A DNA stretch of 64,000 nt. Origin: Escherichia coli (GTDB lineage: Bacteria; Pseudomonadota; Gammaproteobacteria; Enterobacterales; Enterobacteriaceae). The stretch lies in NCBI RefSeq assembly GCF_044324875.1, contig NZ_CP172185.1. One strand, written 5' to 3'. How positions within the stretch are numbered: the first letter of the stretch is position 1; the number at the start of each line of letters is the position of its first letter. Positions 1 to 15,621 of the stretch are shown here, in pieces. Position numbers and translations under genes: made by a program. The notes below the pieces were generated by a model that did not search any database, was not told where the DNA came from, and saw only the letters and a list, made by a program, of their open reading frames with translations.

Positions 1-1
1 G

Positions 2-82
2 CAAATACTGTCTGGTGAATTGGTTCCGGGTAAAGTTATTCGCCTGGAAGTTAATGAAGACCGGATTGTCGCCGTCCAGTAA
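2..82 (+). CDS. clpB: ClpB disaggregase, C-terminal 26 codons only (5' part lies outside the window)
   Basis: Frame-2 translation QILSGELVPGKVIRLEVNEDRIVAVQ* matches the ClpB C-terminus; stop TAA at 80-82. Confidence 0.8.
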   Translation, partial: QILSGELVPGKVIRLEVNEDRIVAVQ

Positions 83-86
83 TGAT

Positions 87-116
87 AAAACGAGCCCTTC
101 GGGGCTCGTTTTTGTC
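87..116 (+). terminator. Rho-independent terminator downstream of clpB
   Basis: GC-rich hairpin AAAACGAGCCCTTCGGGGCTCGTTTTTGTC followed by a T-run. Confidence 0.75.
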
Positions 117-196
117 TATAAATTAGACGGAAAAGACTATATTTAAGATGTTTTGCCTGAAAAATGAGCGAACGATAAAGTTTTTATATTTTTCGC

Positions 197-225
197 TTGT
201 CAGGCCGGAATAACTCCCTATAATG
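197..225 (+). promoter_or_regulatory. rrnG P1 promoter (-35 TTGTCA, -10 TATAAT) with A/T-rich UP region upstream
   Basis: Sequence TTGTCAGGCCGGAATAACTCCCTATAATGCGCCACCA is the canonical rrn P1 core. Confidence 0.85.
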
Positions 226-312
226 CGCCACCACTGACACGGAACAACGGCAAACACGCCGCCGGGTCAGCGGGGTTCTCCTGAGAATCTCAACAGAGAA
301 AAGCAAAAAATG

Positions 313-339
313 CTTGACTCTGTAGCGGGAAAGCGTATT
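313..339 (+). promoter_or_regulatory. rrnG P2 promoter (-35 TTGACT, -10 TATTAT)
   Basis: TTGACTCTGTAGCGGGAAAGCGTATTATGC matches the rrn P2 architecture. Confidence 0.8.
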
Positions 340-378
340 ATGCACACCCCGCGCCGCTGAGAAAAAGCGAAGCGGCAC

Positions 379-398
379 TGCTCTTTAACAATTTATCA
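379..398 (+). promoter_or_regulatory. rrn leader boxA antitermination element
   Basis: TGCTCTTTAACAATTTATCA in the leader between P2 and the 16S 5' end. Confidence 0.75.
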
Positions 399-522
399 GA
401 CAATCTGTGTGGGCACTCGAAGATACGGATTCTTAACGTCGCAAGACGAAAAATGAATACCAAGTCTCAAGAGTGAACACGTAATTCATTACGAAGTTTA
501 ATTCTTTGAGCATCAAACTTTT

Positions 523-2064
<1,542 letters not shown>

Positions 2065-2149
2065 CCTTAAAGAAGCGTACTTTGCAGTGCTCACACAGAT
2101 TGTCTGATAGAAAGTGAAAAGCAAGGCGTCTTGCGAAGCAGACTGATAC

Positions 2150-2225
2150 GTCCCCTTCGTCTAGAGGCCCAGGACACCGCCCTTTCACGGCGGTAACAGG
2201 GGTTCGAATCCCCTAGGGGACGCCA
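2150..2225 (+). tRNA. gltW: tRNA-Glu in the 16S-23S spacer
   Basis: GTCCCCTTCGTCTAGAGGCCCAGGACACCGCCCTTTCACGGCGGTAACAGGGGTTCGAATCCCCTAGGGGACGCCA, 76 nt with 3' CCA. Confidence 0.95.
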
Positions 2226-2418
2226 CTTGCTGGTTTGTGAGTGAAAGTCGCCGACCTCAATATCTCAAAACAGACTGTTAAGTCTTGTTTGAGATATTTG
2301 CTCTTTAAAAATCTGGATCAAGCTGAAAATTGAAACACTGAACAACGAAAGTTGTTCGTGAGTCTCTCAAATTTTCGCAACACGATGATGAATCGAAAGA
2401 AACATCTTCGGGTTGTGA

Positions 2419-5323
<2,905 letters not shown>

Positions 5324-5421
5324 ACAACGCCGAAGATGTTTTGGCGGATGAGAGAAAGATTTTCAGCCTGATACAGATTAAATCGACAGGTCATAACGAG
5401 ACGTGTTGATAAAACAGAATT

Positions 5422-5541
5422 TGCCTGGCGGCCGTAGCGCGGTGGTCCCACCTGACCCCATGCCGAACTCAGAAGTGAAACGCCGTAGCGCCGATGGTAG
5501 TGTGGGGTCTCCCCATGCGAGAGTAGGGAACTGCCAGGCAT
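5422..5541 (+). rRNA. rrfG: 5S ribosomal RNA
   Basis: TGCCTGGCGGCCGTAGCGCGGTGG ... GGGAACTGCCAGGCAT, 120 nt. Confidence 0.95.
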
Positions 5542-5552
5542 CAAATTAAGCG

Positions 5553-5582
5553 AAAGGCCATCCGAAAGGATGGCCTTTTTGC
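5553..5582 (+). terminator. rrn operon terminator
   Basis: Hairpin AAGGCCATCCGAAAGGATGGCCTTTTT immediately after 5S. Confidence 0.8.
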
Positions 5583-5589
5583 ATTGGTG

Positions 5590-5632
5590 CAAAAAAATGC
5601 CGGATGCGACGCTGGCGCGTCTTATCCAGCTT
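5590..5632. repeat. REP-like palindromic unit
   Basis: GCCGGATGCGACGCTGGCGCGTCTTATCCAGC resembles the REP consensus. Confidence 0.5.
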
Positions 5633-5888
5633 ACGCAGGCACGATTGGGGGCAGCTTATTCCTCCACATACGCCAGCGAATACGGCTTCCCCAACTTGCT
5701 CACTTCCATATGTGTCCTCCTTACCAGAAATTTATCCTTAAGCTCCTCAATAACCATTTTCCTGCTAACTAAATTCATGGTTAAGGTTGCATAATGATAC
5801 GCAACAAATGTATAACATTTTCTTTACCAAAAAAAATAAACAACAGCGACCGACAAAAGCATCGGATTACGGCAGGAGATATAATGGC

Positions 5889-7187
5889 ATGGCTGAAAGT
5901 ACTGTAACGGCAGACAGCAAACTGACAAGTAGTGATACTCGTCGCCGCATTTGGGCAATTGTGGGGGCCTCTTCAGGTAATCTGGTCGAGTGGTTCGATT
6001 TCTATGTCTACTCGTTTTGTTCACTCTACTTCGCCCACATCTTCTTCCCTTCCGGGAACACGACGACTCAACTACTGCAAACAGCAGGTGTTTTTGCTGC
6101 GGGATTTCTGATGCGCCCAATAGGCGGTTGGCTATTTGGCCGCATAGCCGATAAACATGGTCGCAAAAAATCGATGCTATTATCGGTGTGTATGATGTGT
6201 TTCGGCTCACTGGTTATCGCCTGTTTGCCAGGCTACGAAACAATCGGTACCTGGGCTCCGGCATTATTGCTTCTTGCTCGTTTATTCCAGGGATTATCCG
6301 TTGGCGGAGAATATGGCACCAGCGCCACCTATATGAGTGAAGTTGCCGTTGAAGGGCGCAAAGGTTTTTACGCATCATTTCAGTATGTGACGTTGATCGG
6401 CGGGCAACTACTAGCTCTACTGGTTGTCGTGGTTTTACAACACACCATGGAAGACGCTGCACTTAGAGAGTGGGGATGGCGTATTCCTTTCGCGTTAGGA
6501 GCTGTGTTAGCTGTTGTGGCGTTGTGGTTACGTCGTCAGTTAGATGAAACTTCACAACAAGAAACACGCGCTTTAAAAGAAGCTGGATCTCTGAAAGGAT
6601 TATGGCGCAATCGCCGTGCATTCATCATGGTTCTCGGTTTTACCGCTGCGGGCTCCCTTTGTTTCTATACCTTCACCACTTATATGCAGAAGTATCTGGT
6701 AAATACTGCGGGAATGCATGCCAACGTGGCGAGTGGCATTATGACTGCCGCATTGTTTGTATTCATGCTTATTCAACCACTTATTGGCGCGCTGTCGGAT
6801 AAGATTGGTCGTCGTACCTCAATGTTATGTTTCGGTTCTCTGGCAGCCATTTTTACCGTTCCTATTCTCTCAGCATTGCAGAACGTTTCCTCGCCTTATG
6901 CCGCTTTTGGTCTGGTGATGTGCGCCCTGCTGATCGTGAGTTTTTATACTTCAATCAGTGGAATACTGAAGGCTGAGATGTTCCCGGCACAGGTTCGTGC
7001 ATTAGGTGTTGGTCTGTCATATGCGGTCGCCAATGCTATATTTGGTGGTTCGGCGGAGTACGTAGCGTTGTCGCTGAAATCAATAGGAATGGAAACAGCC
7101 TTCTTCTGGTATGTGACCTTGATGGCCGTGGTGGCGTTTCTGGTTTCTTTGATGCTACATCGCAAAGGGAAGGGGATGCGTCTTTAG
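5889..7187 (+). CDS. kgtP: Alpha-ketoglutarate:H+ symporter (MFS), 432 aa
   Basis: ORF-track frame 5787..7187; start set at [11 protein letters not shown] with upstream AGGAG; MFS motifs. Confidence 0.9.
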
Positions 7188-7507
7188 TGACGGGTCAGTT
7201 GCCAGACGGTATAGCCAGTAGTTGCACCGGCGACATCCCAGGTAAAATCTTTCCAGCTCCAGCCGCTCCCCTCGGGGCGGCTATCCCAAAGTTCTTTTGA
7301 CGCGCCCAGCCCAACAGAGAACATCAGCCCGAAAGTGGCACTGCGATCGCGACTCATCCCCTGATGCTGTGCATATTCATTTCCGGCGGCGGAAAGCATC
7401 GCCGAGGCGATAAAGTGTTGAGCTTTATCCTGCCCGCTCCAGCTATCGTTAGCCATATGGCTGCATCCAGAAAGTAACAATAGCGAACAGACAAAAAGAA
7501 TACGCAA
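7184..7507 (-). CDS. yfiM: Small lipoprotein YfiM, 107 aa
   Basis: ORF with signal peptide and lipobox LLSGCS; position between kgtP and pssA. Confidence 0.8.
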
Positions 7508-7550
7508 AACGTGGCCTCCAAAACAAACCCCGTACAGGACGGGGTTGTGA

Positions 7551-8906
7551 TTACAGGATGCGGCTAATTAATCGGTCGATGCGGATACGGCGCAAACGAC
7601 GTATGAGTTTACGAACCTTCACCGGATAATCGGCAATACTTTGCAGGTCGCGATAGTGCTTAACGATGGTGGTATGCTCGCGGATCAGCTCCAGTTCTTT
7701 CTCTCGCTGTGGCGCAAGCTCCAGTTGCGGATCGTGGATCAAAATAGCGTTTTCCAGATCCAGACGCCAGGCGCGCGGGTTCAGGTTATTACCAGTGATC
7801 AACATCCACTTATCATCAACCCACATCCCTTTCAGGTGATAGGTGTTGTCGTCATCTTTCCATAACCGAACCACTAACTGGTCAGTGTTGACGTAATACT
7901 GCAAACGGCTCAGGAAACGACGCAGATTGATCTCATAGAGATAAGGCAATGCGCCAATTATCTTGAAAGGTTCATCTTCCGGAATGTAGAAGTCATTCGC
8001 GGTTTTATCACCAACAATAATTTCGACCTTTTTCCCTTCGCGCAGCAACTGGATAATATTGCGCACAAGGATTGCTGGCAGGTTGAAGTAAGGTGTGCAG
8101 ATGGTTAGTTTCTGCTCGGCACAAGGCATAAGATGGAAAATGGTCTTGTTCAACAGACTCGATTTCCCCAGCCCCACTAGCGGCGTTACGGAAAGCTGAT
8201 CGTTGTCGGCATCGCCCTGGAAATGATAAGCGGCATCACGCAGCTCCTGGCGGAACAGACGAATATCGTTCTTGATTTCCGGGCTTTTTGGCCGATTAAC
8301 ATCATCCAGACGATTAACGCCGCGGCCATTCATAATATTCTGTGTAACCCATTCAAACATAATGTCTGACATCTTACGGTTACGGATCAGATGATAACGG
8401 TCGTAGCGATATTTATCGTGCTGATGCAGGTAAACATCGTTCAGGCTGGCACCGCTATAAAGTACGCTATCGTCGATGATAAAGCCTTTAAAGTGCAGAA
8501 CACCAAGGGCTTCACGGGTATTGATTGGAACGCCATAAACCGGAACATCTACGCCCGGATTTTCCTGCGCCATGCGGCAGTACCAGTCAGCGTTAGTGTT
8601 AGATGCCGCAGCGCCAATGCGTCCACGTTGTGCACGATGCCAGTCGACCAGCACCCGCACATCCAGTTCCGGACGCTGCCTTTTAGCCTCATACAACGCG
8701 TTCAGAATGCCTTTGCCACCGTCATCCTGTTCGAGATACAGGGCGACAATGCAAATGCGCTGCTTCGCGCTGGCTATTTTTTCCAGCAACGTCTCCCGGA
8801 AGTCGGCGGGAGCGTAAAAGAAATCGACATCATCAACTGATTGAGAAATCTTGGGTAGTTGGGCAAGGTGTTGTTGATGTTTATTACGCTTAAATTTTGA
8901 CAACAT
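7551..8906 (-). CDS. pssA: Phosphatidylserine synthase, 451 aa
   Basis: [15 protein letters not shown]...; phospholipase D-like HKD motifs (HxK). Confidence 0.9.
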   Translation of the reverse strand: MLSKFKRNKHQQHLAQLPKISQSVDDVDFFYAPADFRETLLEKIASAKQRICIVALYLEQDDGGKGILNALYEAKRQRPELDVRVLVDWHRAQRGRIGAAASNTNADWYCRMAQENPGVDVPVYGVPINTREALGVLHFKGFIIDDSVLYSGASLNDVYLHQHDKYRYDRYHLIRNRKMSDIMFEWVTQNIMNGRGVNRLDDVNRPKSPEIKNDIRLFRQELRDAAYHFQGDADNDQLSVTPLVGLGKSSLLNKTIFHLMPCAEQKLTICTPYFNLPAILVRNIIQLLREGKKVEIIVGDKTANDFYIPEDEPFKIIGALPYLYEINLRRFLSRLQYYVNTDQLVVRLWKDDDNTYHLKGMWVDDKWMLITGNNLNPRAWRLDLENAILIHDPQLELAPQREKELELIREHTTIVKHYRDLQSIADYPVKVRKLIRRLRRIRIDRLISRIL

Positions 8907-9019
8907 CACAGTGCATTTCTTCTCTGTTCATTGAAGGGTCCTCTGTGCAATGCAGACGACATAAGCGGGCAATAATAACACCAGTCCCGATTAAGTGGTC
9001 AACATTTCCAGTACCTTAC

Positions 9020-11680
9020 TCATGATTCCTCGCGCTGGGCAAGACTTAGCGTAAGCCCAACGATCCCCTCTTCGAGCTGGATATCAACGTTAAACCCTAG
9101 CTTGCGGGCCAGCGCCACCATGCCACGATTGTTTGGCATCGTAATACCATTCAGACGTTGTAGTCCGTGATCTCGCGTATAGGTAATCAACTTTTCCATT
9201 AAGCGTCGACCTAAGCCTAACCCTTTGAGATCCGAGCGAACCAGCACGGCAAATTCGGCATCGATGTTATCAGGGTCGGAGATCGCACGTGTGACGCCGA
9301 GGATCTCTTCCGTTTGATCAATTCGTCGTACCGCTACAAATGCCATTTCCCGATCGTAGTCGATCTGCGTCATGTTGGCTAAATCTTCATGGGTAAATTC
9401 GTTGATCTCGCTAAAGTAGCGGTAATAAAGATCTTCTTTGGTGACTCGCGAAATGAATTGCTGAAGCTGTGGCTCATCTTCTGGCAAAATCGGGCGGAAC
9501 AAGCAGCGTTCACCGTTTTTCAATTCTACCCATTCTTCCAGCTGATGCGGATAAGGGCGCACAGCCAGCCGGCTCTCGTTATCACCTTCAAACGGCGCGA
9601 TATCCAGCGTGACATCCAGCGCGGTAAATTCACTGCCAGAAGCCAGCAAAGGATGAATATCCAGACGCTGAATTTCCGGGCAATCGACAATCAAGTTGGA
9701 AACCTGCACCAGAAGCTGGCTCAAGCCTGCAACATCCAATGGGCGTAGCGCACTGCGCGCACGAATCTTTTTACTTTTGATCCCCTGAATAACCAGATAG
9801 CGGGCCAGGTTCATGTTCAGCGGCGGCAGTGCGACGACGGCTTGATCTTCAGGACGCCACTCCACACCGCCTTCACCCAGCATGATTAACGGCCCGAAAA
9901 CTGGATCGTGCTCAACCACAACCCGCAACTCCTGAGCGCCAGCACGGTTAGCCATACTTTGCACCAACAGGCCGTGGACCCGCGCCTGCGGCCAGGCCAT
10001 TTTTACGCGATCGAAAATAGCGTTTGCCGCTTGCTGGACTTCATTGGCTGTACGTAAGTAGAGCATGACGCCCTGAACTTCCGATTTATGTGGAATATCC
10101 GGCGAGCGCAATTTCAGTGCCACCGGATAGCCAATCTGTTCGGCAATATGTACCGCTTCGGTGCTATCACTGGCAATCCAGGTAGGGAGAGTATTCATAC
10201 CATACGCTTGCAGGATGGGCTGAACTTCATGGGTATCAAGCGACGTAGCCCCTTCGGCAATCGCGTGTTGCAACAGAAGATGCGCTTCTGCGGTATTGGA
10301 GGTCAGATTGCTGGGCAACGCCGGCGTTTCGCGTAGTTGCTTCTGATTACGCCGGTACTCCACCATATGCATAAAAGCAGTGATGGTTCCTTCCGGCGTG
10401 CGATAGGTCGGCAGCCCGGCTTCACTGAATAATCGTCGTGCCTCTTGCGAGGAGTACTCGCCACACCAGTTCGTCAGCAGAGAAACATACTTGCTGCGGG
10501 GATGATGCTTTACCGCTTCAATTAATACTTGCGCGCTTTCTGTTGCGGGAGCAGCGGCGCTGGGCGAATGAATAACCATCAGCGCATCAAAATCCTGGCT
10601 GTGGAGCAGAATGTCCAGCGTTTTGACATAATGCTCGCTGCTGGCGTCATCGCGCAGATCGAGCGGGTTAGAGATTGCCACATGTCCTGGCAGTGCATCG
10701 CGCAGTTTCTGGCAGGTTTCTTCGCTTAGCGTTGCCAGCTTGCCATTGCGTGACCATAAGGCATCCAGCGCCAGCGCGGCAGGCGCAGCACCGTTGCTGA
10801 TAATCATCAACCGGTCGCCACGCAGCGGGCGCATATGGCTAAGGGTTTCCACCGCCGAAAACAGTTCGTGGGTGTCCTGTACCCGCAACAAACCGGCACG
10901 CTGAATAGCCGCATCCCACGCCGGATCCATTCCTGCCGTGGTGTTCAACAGACGTTGAGCCGCCGGGCTACGTCCGCTTTTAATCACCAGAATCGGTTTA
11001 TTGCGAGAGGCACTACGGGCCGCCGAAACAAAGCGTCGCGCGTCGCTTAACTGTTCGAGATAGAGCAGGATGGCGCTGGTTTTACTGTCGCGCGCCAGAT
11101 AGTCGAGCAATTCATCAACGTCGATATCCAGGCTGTCGCCGAGCGCAATAAAGTAGGAAAAGCCCATCTCACGCTGTTGCGCCCAGTCGAGGATGGTGTT
11201 GGAGACGGCAGCCGATTGCGAAATAAACGCCAGTTTGCCGCGTTTAATCGGCACAGGCGAAAAGCTGGCATTCAGACCCTGCCAGGGAGCCAGTAAGCCC
11301 AGACTGTTTGGTCCTAGCAGGCGCATGTTATGGCGTAGGGTGCAGGCGCGGAGATCTTCATGTTGCGATGCCGGGGCGGAAAGAATAATGCAGGTTTTAC
11401 AGCCTTTCTCGCCGAGCTCTTCCAGAAGAGCAAGATTACGGCTGGCATTGGTACATAAAACCGCAAGGTCGGGTGTAAAGGGCAAGCTGGCAATATCCGG
11501 CCAGGCCAACACACCCAACACCGCTTTCCAGGCTGGCGTCACCGGGAGTACCGGTCCGTTAAAGCCTCCCGCCAGCAGGTTACGCATCATCAGGTAACCT
11601 GCGCGATTGGGTTTCATCGATGCGCCAATTACCGCAATCGATTTTGGTCGCAGTAGTGCTTCCAGTCCTCGCTGACTCAT
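9020..11680 (-). CDS. patZ: Protein lysine acetyltransferase (acyl-CoA synthetase-like plus GNAT domain), 886 aa
   Basis: 886-aa ORF with C-terminal GNAT domain; position matches yfiQ/pka. Confidence 0.9.
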   Translation of the reverse strand: MSQRGLEALLRPKSIAVIGASMKPNRAGYLMMRNLLAGGFNGPVLPVTPAWKAVLGVLAWPDIASLPFTPDLAVLCTNASRNLALLEELGEKGCKTCIILSAPASQHEDLRACTLRHNMRLLGPNSLGLLAPWQGLNASFSPVPIKRGKLAFISQSAAVSNTILDWAQQREMGFSYFIALGDSLDIDVDELLDYLARDSKTSAILLYLEQLSDARRFVSAARSASRNKPILVIKSGRSPAAQRLLNTTAGMDPAWDAAIQRAGLLRVQDTHELFSAVETLSHMRPLRGDRLMIISNGAAPAALALDALWSRNGKLATLSEETCQKLRDALPGHVAISNPLDLRDDASSEHYVKTLDILLHSQDFDALMVIHSPSAAAPATESAQVLIEAVKHHPRSKYVSLLTNWCGEYSSQEARRLFSEAGLPTYRTPEGTITAFMHMVEYRRNQKQLRETPALPSNLTSNTAEAHLLLQHAIAEGATSLDTHEVQPILQAYGMNTLPTWIASDSTEAVHIAEQIGYPVALKLRSPDIPHKSEVQGVMLYLRTANEVQQAANAIFDRVKMAWPQARVHGLLVQSMANRAGAQELRVVVEHDPVFGPLIMLGEGGVEWRPEDQAVVALPPLNMNLARYLVIQGIKSKKIRARSALRPLDVAGLSQLLVQVSNLIVDCPEIQRLDIHPLLASGSEFTALDVTLDIAPFEGDNESRLAVRPYPHQLEEWVELKNGERCLFRPILPEDEPQLQQFISRVTKEDLYYRYFSEINEFTHEDLANMTQIDYDREMAFVAVRRIDQTEEILGVTRAISDPDNIDAEFAVLVRSDLKGLGLGRRLMEKLITYTRDHGLQRLNGITMPNNRGMVALARKLGFNVDIQLEEGIVGLTLSLAQREES

Positions 11681-11711
11681 ACCGGTCTCCCGCAGAAGTG
11701 ACCGAATGATT

Positions 11712-12410
11712 TTAAACGCTTTCTAACTGTTCTGCTGTGATGCTACCCAGATGTTGCGTTTTTCCTGCCAGATAGCGTGTTTTAAAGCGGGTAAAATGCT
11801 CGCCTAACCCTGCCGCCGCCCCGGTATCGCCGGCCATATCTAACAGTGCGATGGCTACTTCGGCAGTACAATATTGGCCTTCAGCCTGGGCTTCACGCAG
11901 GCGATAGGCAGAAAGCCGGGAAAGATCGACGGAAATGACGGGAAGATTATCCAGATACGGACTTTTACGAAACATCTTGCGAGCTTCCGGCCAGGTACCA
12001 TCGAGCATGATAAACAGCGGTGGCTTACCGGCAGGTGGTGTGAAGATCACTTCCCGTTGCTCGTCAGCATACGAGGCGGGAAAGACCACCATTGGTTGAT
12101 AGTCCGGGTTTTGCACCAGATCCAGCAAATCTTGCGAGGGTTCGGTACGCGACCATTGAAACGCAACGGTATCAGGCAAAATATCAGCAATCAGACGCCC
12201 GGTATTACTGGGCTTCATTGGCTCGGTGTCGAACATCAGCAAACAAAAGCGACTTTTTGCTTGTGCTGGGGTAATTGTCGAACAGAGACATAATTTCTCT
12301 GGCAAAAGACAGCGTTGGCAGCGACGAACGCGATTTCCGCGGGCAAGAAAAGGACGTGTTGCGCGCGCAATACGCTCGGCGCGTAACTGGAGAACAGCGT
12401 TTTCGGTCAT
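11712..12410 (-). CDS. tapT: tRNA-uridine aminocarboxypropyltransferase (DTW domain), 232 aa
   Basis: ORF-track 249-aa frame; start placed at MTENAVLQLR; DTW motif present. Confidence 0.8.
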   Translation of the reverse strand: MTENAVLQLRAERIARATRPFLARGNRVRRCQRCLLPEKLCLCSTITPAQAKSRFCLLMFDTEPMKPSNTGRLIADILPDTVAFQWSRTEPSQDLLDLVQNPDYQPMVVFPASYADEQREVIFTPPAGKPPLFIMLDGTWPEARKMFRKSPYLDNLPVISVDLSRLSAYRLREAQAEGQYCTAEVAIALLDMAGDTGAAAGLGEHFTRFKTRYLAGKTQHLGSITAEQLESV

Positions 12411-12478
12411 AAGAGAGTGTCGAAAAAACGCTATTGTCGCAGAGGAGAAAACGGGGCACAAGATGCGCCCCGGTAAGA

Positions 12479-12898
12479 TTAAAGAGATTCGTTCAGCCAG
12501 CTGTCGAACGGCGCTTTCGGTACTGCGCCATTAAGCATGTCGACAACCTGACCGTTTTTGAAAATCATGATCGTCGGTATGCTACGAATTCCAAAGCGGC
12601 TGCTTAATTCACGTTCAGCTTCGGTATTCACTTTCACAAAGCGCACTTTACCGCTACGCTCTTGCGCGACATCTTCAAAAATTGGTGCGAAATTACGGCA
12701 GGGACCGCACCACGGTGCCCAGAAGTCGATCACCACAGGTAGATCATCTTTCAGCAATTTGTCGAACGTTTCACCGGTCGCATTAATAACCTCTCCGTCA
12801 AACAAGTCGTGACCGCAGCGTCCGCATTTTGCCGCATCTTCGATCCGATCGTCGGGAATGCGATTGATGGCCTGACAATGGGTACAAACGGTATTCAT
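12479..12898 (-). CDS. trxC: Thioredoxin 2 with N-terminal zinc-finger extension, 139 aa
   Basis: CxxC pairs in the N-terminus plus WCGPC active site. Confidence 0.9.
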   Translation of the reverse strand: MNTVCTHCQAINRIPDDRIEDAAKCGRCGHDLFDGEVINATGETFDKLLKDDLPVVIDFWAPWCGPCRNFAPIFEDVAQERSGKVRFVKVNTEAERELSSRFGIRSIPTIMIFKNGQVVDMLNGAVPKAPFDSWLNESL

Positions 12899-13104
12899 AA
12901 CTAACCTCGGGATGAGTAAGGAGACTTATCGGCAACGACGCCGGTATGTTTCTAATATGTTACATATTATCGGGGACATTGTTCCAGACAACAATCTGTT
13001 TTATTCAATAGGTATGATAGTCGCAGGCTTTGGTACGAAATCATGGCGAACCGCGCGCACTTCGGGTAATCTGCGCGCTTCGCGCAGCGCTGGTGGAGAA
13101 AAGC

Positions 13105-14142
13105 ATGAACGATGAAATGAAAGGTAAAAGCGGCAAGGTCAAAGTGATGTATGTCCGCAGTGATGATGATTCTGATAAACGTACCCACAACCCGCGTACC
13201 GGGAAAGGGGGCGGGCGTCCAGGAAAATCTCGTGCTGACGGTGGCCGTCGCCCCGCCCGCGATGACAAACAAAGTCAGCCCCGTGACCGCAAGTGGGAAG
13301 AGTCGCCCTGGCGTACAGTTTCCCGCGCGCCGGGTGATGAGACGCCGGAAAAGGCCGATCACGGTGGCATAAGTGGTAAAAGTTTTATTGATCCGGAAGT
13401 TTTGCGTCGTCAGCGTGCGGAAGAAACCCGCGTCTACGGCGAAAATGCATGTCAGGCACTGTTCCAGAGCCGTCCGGAAGCGATTGTTCGCGCCTGGTTT
13501 ATCCAGAGTGTAACGCCGCGTTTTAAAGAAGCCTTGCGCTGGATGGCGGCAAACCGCAAAGCGTACCATGTGGTGGATGAAGCGGAACTGACAAAAGCGT
13601 CAGGCACGGAACATCACGGCGGCGTTTGCTTCCTGATCAAAAAGCGTAACGGTACAACCGTGCAGCAGTGGGTAAGCCAGGCAGGCGCGCAGGATTGTGT
13701 ACTGGCCCTGGAAAACGAATCTAACCCGCATAACCTGGGGGGCATGATGCGCAGCTGTGCGCACTTCGGCGTGAAAGGCGTTGTGGTGCAGGATGCGGCA
13801 CTGCTGGAATCGGGTGCGGCTATCCGTACCGCAGAAGGCGGCGCAGAGCACGTTCAGCCGATTACTGGCGACAACATTGTTAACGTGCTGGATGATTTCC
13901 GACAGGCGGGTTACACCGTGGTGACCACTTCCAGCGAGCAGGGTAAACCGCTGTTCAAAACCAGTCTACCAGCGAAAATGGTGCTGGTGTTGGGTCAGGA
14001 ATATGAAGGGTTACCGGATGCCGCACGCGATCCGAACGATTTGCGCGTGAAGATTGATGGTACTGGCAACGTTGCCGGGCTAAATATCTCTGTCGCAACC
14101 GGCGTTTTACTTGGTGAATGGTGGCGTCAGAATAAAGCCTGA
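13105..14142 (+). CDS. yfiF: Putative SpoU-family RNA methyltransferase YfiF, 345 aa
   Basis: ORF-track frame 13030..14142; start placed at MNDEMKGK; basic N-terminal region and SpoU-type C-terminus. Confidence 0.8.
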   Translation: MNDEMKGKSGKVKVMYVRSDDDSDKRTHNPRTGKGGGRPGKSRADGGRRPARDDKQSQPRDRKWEESPWRTVSRAPGDETPEKADHGGISGKSFIDPEVLRRQRAEETRVYGENACQALFQSRPEAIVRAWFIQSVTPRFKEALRWMAANRKAYHVVDEAELTKASGTEHHGGVCFLIKKRNGTTVQQWVSQAGAQDCVLALENESNPHNLGGMMRSCAHFGVKGVVVQDAALLESGAAIRTAEGGAEHVQPITGDNIVNVLDDFRQAGYTVVTTSSEQGKPLFKTSLPAKMVLVLGQEYEGLPDAARDPNDLRVKIDGTGNVAGLNISVATGVLLGEWWRQNKA

Positions 14143-14189
14143 TAAATCAGCCGGGTGGTAACTCTGCCATCCGGCGTTTTCCCGCAAAT

Positions 14190-14879
14190 TTACTCACTCT
14201 CTGCCGGTAATACTGGCATCCAGTCAATCGGCGTCTCGCCACGTTGTTCCAGCCACTGATTTGCCTGCACAAAATGGTTACAGCCAAAGAATCCACGATG
14301 CGCAGAAAGCGGCGACGGATGCGGTGCTTTCAGTACATGATGGCGTTGCTTATCTATAATCGCCCCTTTCTTTTGCGCATGTGATCCCCATAACAAAAAC
14401 ACCACACCTTCGCGGTGCTGGTTAATCAGGCTGATGACTTTATCTGTAAACGTCTCCCAGCCGAGGCTGGCGTGGGAATGCGCCTGACCTGCGCGAACCG
14501 TCAAGACGGTATTGAGCAGCAGAACGCCCTGACGCGCCCAGCTTTCAAGATAACCATGATTAGGGCGGGTGAAGCCGGGAATAGTATTTTCCAGCTCTTT
14601 ATACATATTCAGCAGTGACGGCGGTGTCGCAATGCCGGGGCGAACGGAAAATGCCAGACCATGCGCCTGTCCCGGTCCGTGATAAGGATCCTGACCGAGG
14701 ATCACCACTTTAACGTCACCCAACTCTGTAAAGCGGAAGGCGTTAAAGACATCTTTTTGTGGTGGATAGATAGTGACGCCGGACTGCCGCTCGCTGGCGA
14801 CGGTCTGAAGGGTATTAAGAAAATAGGGTTGCTGCTTCTCTTCTGCCAGCACATCATGCCAGGTTAATTCGTTAGCCAT
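14190..14879 (-). CDS. ung: Uracil-DNA glycosylase, 229 aa
   Basis: [14 protein letters not shown]...; GQDPYH motif. Confidence 0.95.
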   Translation of the reverse strand: MANELTWHDVLAEEKQQPYFLNTLQTVASERQSGVTIYPPQKDVFNAFRFTELGDVKVVILGQDPYHGPGQAHGLAFSVRPGIATPPSLLNMYKELENTIPGFTRPNHGYLESWARQGVLLLNTVLTVRAGQAHSHASLGWETFTDKVISLINQHREGVVFLLWGSHAQKKGAIIDKQRHHVLKAPHPSPLSAHRGFFGCNHFVQANQWLEQRGETPIDWMPVLPAESE

Positions 14880-15009
14880 CTCGCTCTCCTGCGAATCTTC
14901 AATCCGCCTAGCTTAACTGCTTCTTTCTACAGAACAAAATCATGCTCATTTTATAGACAAAAAGACATGCAAAAAAATGTAAATTGGTAAAATTTCACAC
15001 CTGCATAAG

Positions 15010-15023
15010 TTGATGTAAAACAA
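15010..15023 (+). promoter_or_regulatory. FNR-type binding site (distal) in the grcA promoter
   Basis: TTGATGTAAAACAA, a variant of TTGAT-N4-ATCAA. Confidence 0.6.
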
Positions 15024-15062
15024 TAAAACCCATTTGTGACCACACTCGATATGTGTTTTTTA

Positions 15063-15076
15063 TTGATTTAAATCAA
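15063..15076 (+). promoter_or_regulatory. FNR consensus site (proximal) in the grcA promoter
   Basis: Perfect TTGATTTAAATCAA. Confidence 0.75.
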
Positions 15077-15182
15077 AGAATCAAGGGTGATTGAGGAGTA
15101 TATATACACTCAAGCAACAATGGTTTTACCAATTGGCCGCGACAGGCTGAACAAATCAATAATTTTGCCGGGGAGGCATCAC

Positions 15183-15566
15183 ATGATTACAGGTATCCAG
15201 ATTACTAAAGCCGCTAATGACGATCTGCTGAACTCTTTCTGGCTGCTGGACAGCGAAAAAGGCGAAGCGCGTTGCATCGTTGCGAAAGCAGGTTTTGCAG
15301 AAGACGAAGTGGTTGCAGTAAGCAAACTGGGTGACATTGAGTACCGTGAAGTTCCAGTAGAAGTGAAACCAGAAGTTCGCGTTGAAGGTGGTCAACACCT
15401 GAACGTTAACGTTCTGCGTCGTGAAACTCTGGAAGATGCAGTTAAGCATCCGGAAAAATATCCGCAGCTGACCATCCGTGTATCCGGTTATGCAGTTCGC
15501 TTTAACTCTCTGACTCCGGAACAGCAGCGCGACGTTATCGCTCGTACCTTTACTGAAAGCCTGTAA
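15183..15566 (+). CDS. grcA: Autonomous glycyl-radical cofactor, 127 aa
   Basis: Start at [12 protein letters not shown]; C-terminal RVSGYAV glycyl-radical motif; ORF-track N-terminal extension judged spurious. Confidence 0.9.
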
Positions 15567-15621
15567 GGCTTAAGTAGCAAGTTACTAAGCGGAAGAGGGC
15601 GACTTCTTCCGCTTTTTTTCG

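Noticed and set aside
2150-2225. tRNA-Glu as a possible integration hotspot for a genomic island
   Set aside because: The tRNA is the spacer tRNA inside the rrn operon, with 23S following directly; no integrase, direct repeats or foreign DNA nearby
5787-5888. ORF-track N-terminal extensions (kgtP 466 aa; likewise grcA 159 aa, trmN6 285 aa, yphG 1124 aa, glrR 478 aa)
   Set aside because: Extensions run into promoter/intergenic sequence and exceed the known protein lengths; internal Met (or TTG) starts fit better
5884-5907. 7-codon ORF (MAWLKVL*) with a good Shine-Dalgarno, overlapping the kgtP start out of frame
   Set aside because: Too short and no conservation evidence; the AGGAG equally serves the kgtP ATG at 5889
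12967-13569. 200-aa minus-strand ORF overlapping yfiF
   Set aside because: Antisense to yfiF; translation is low-complexity and lacks recognisable motifs
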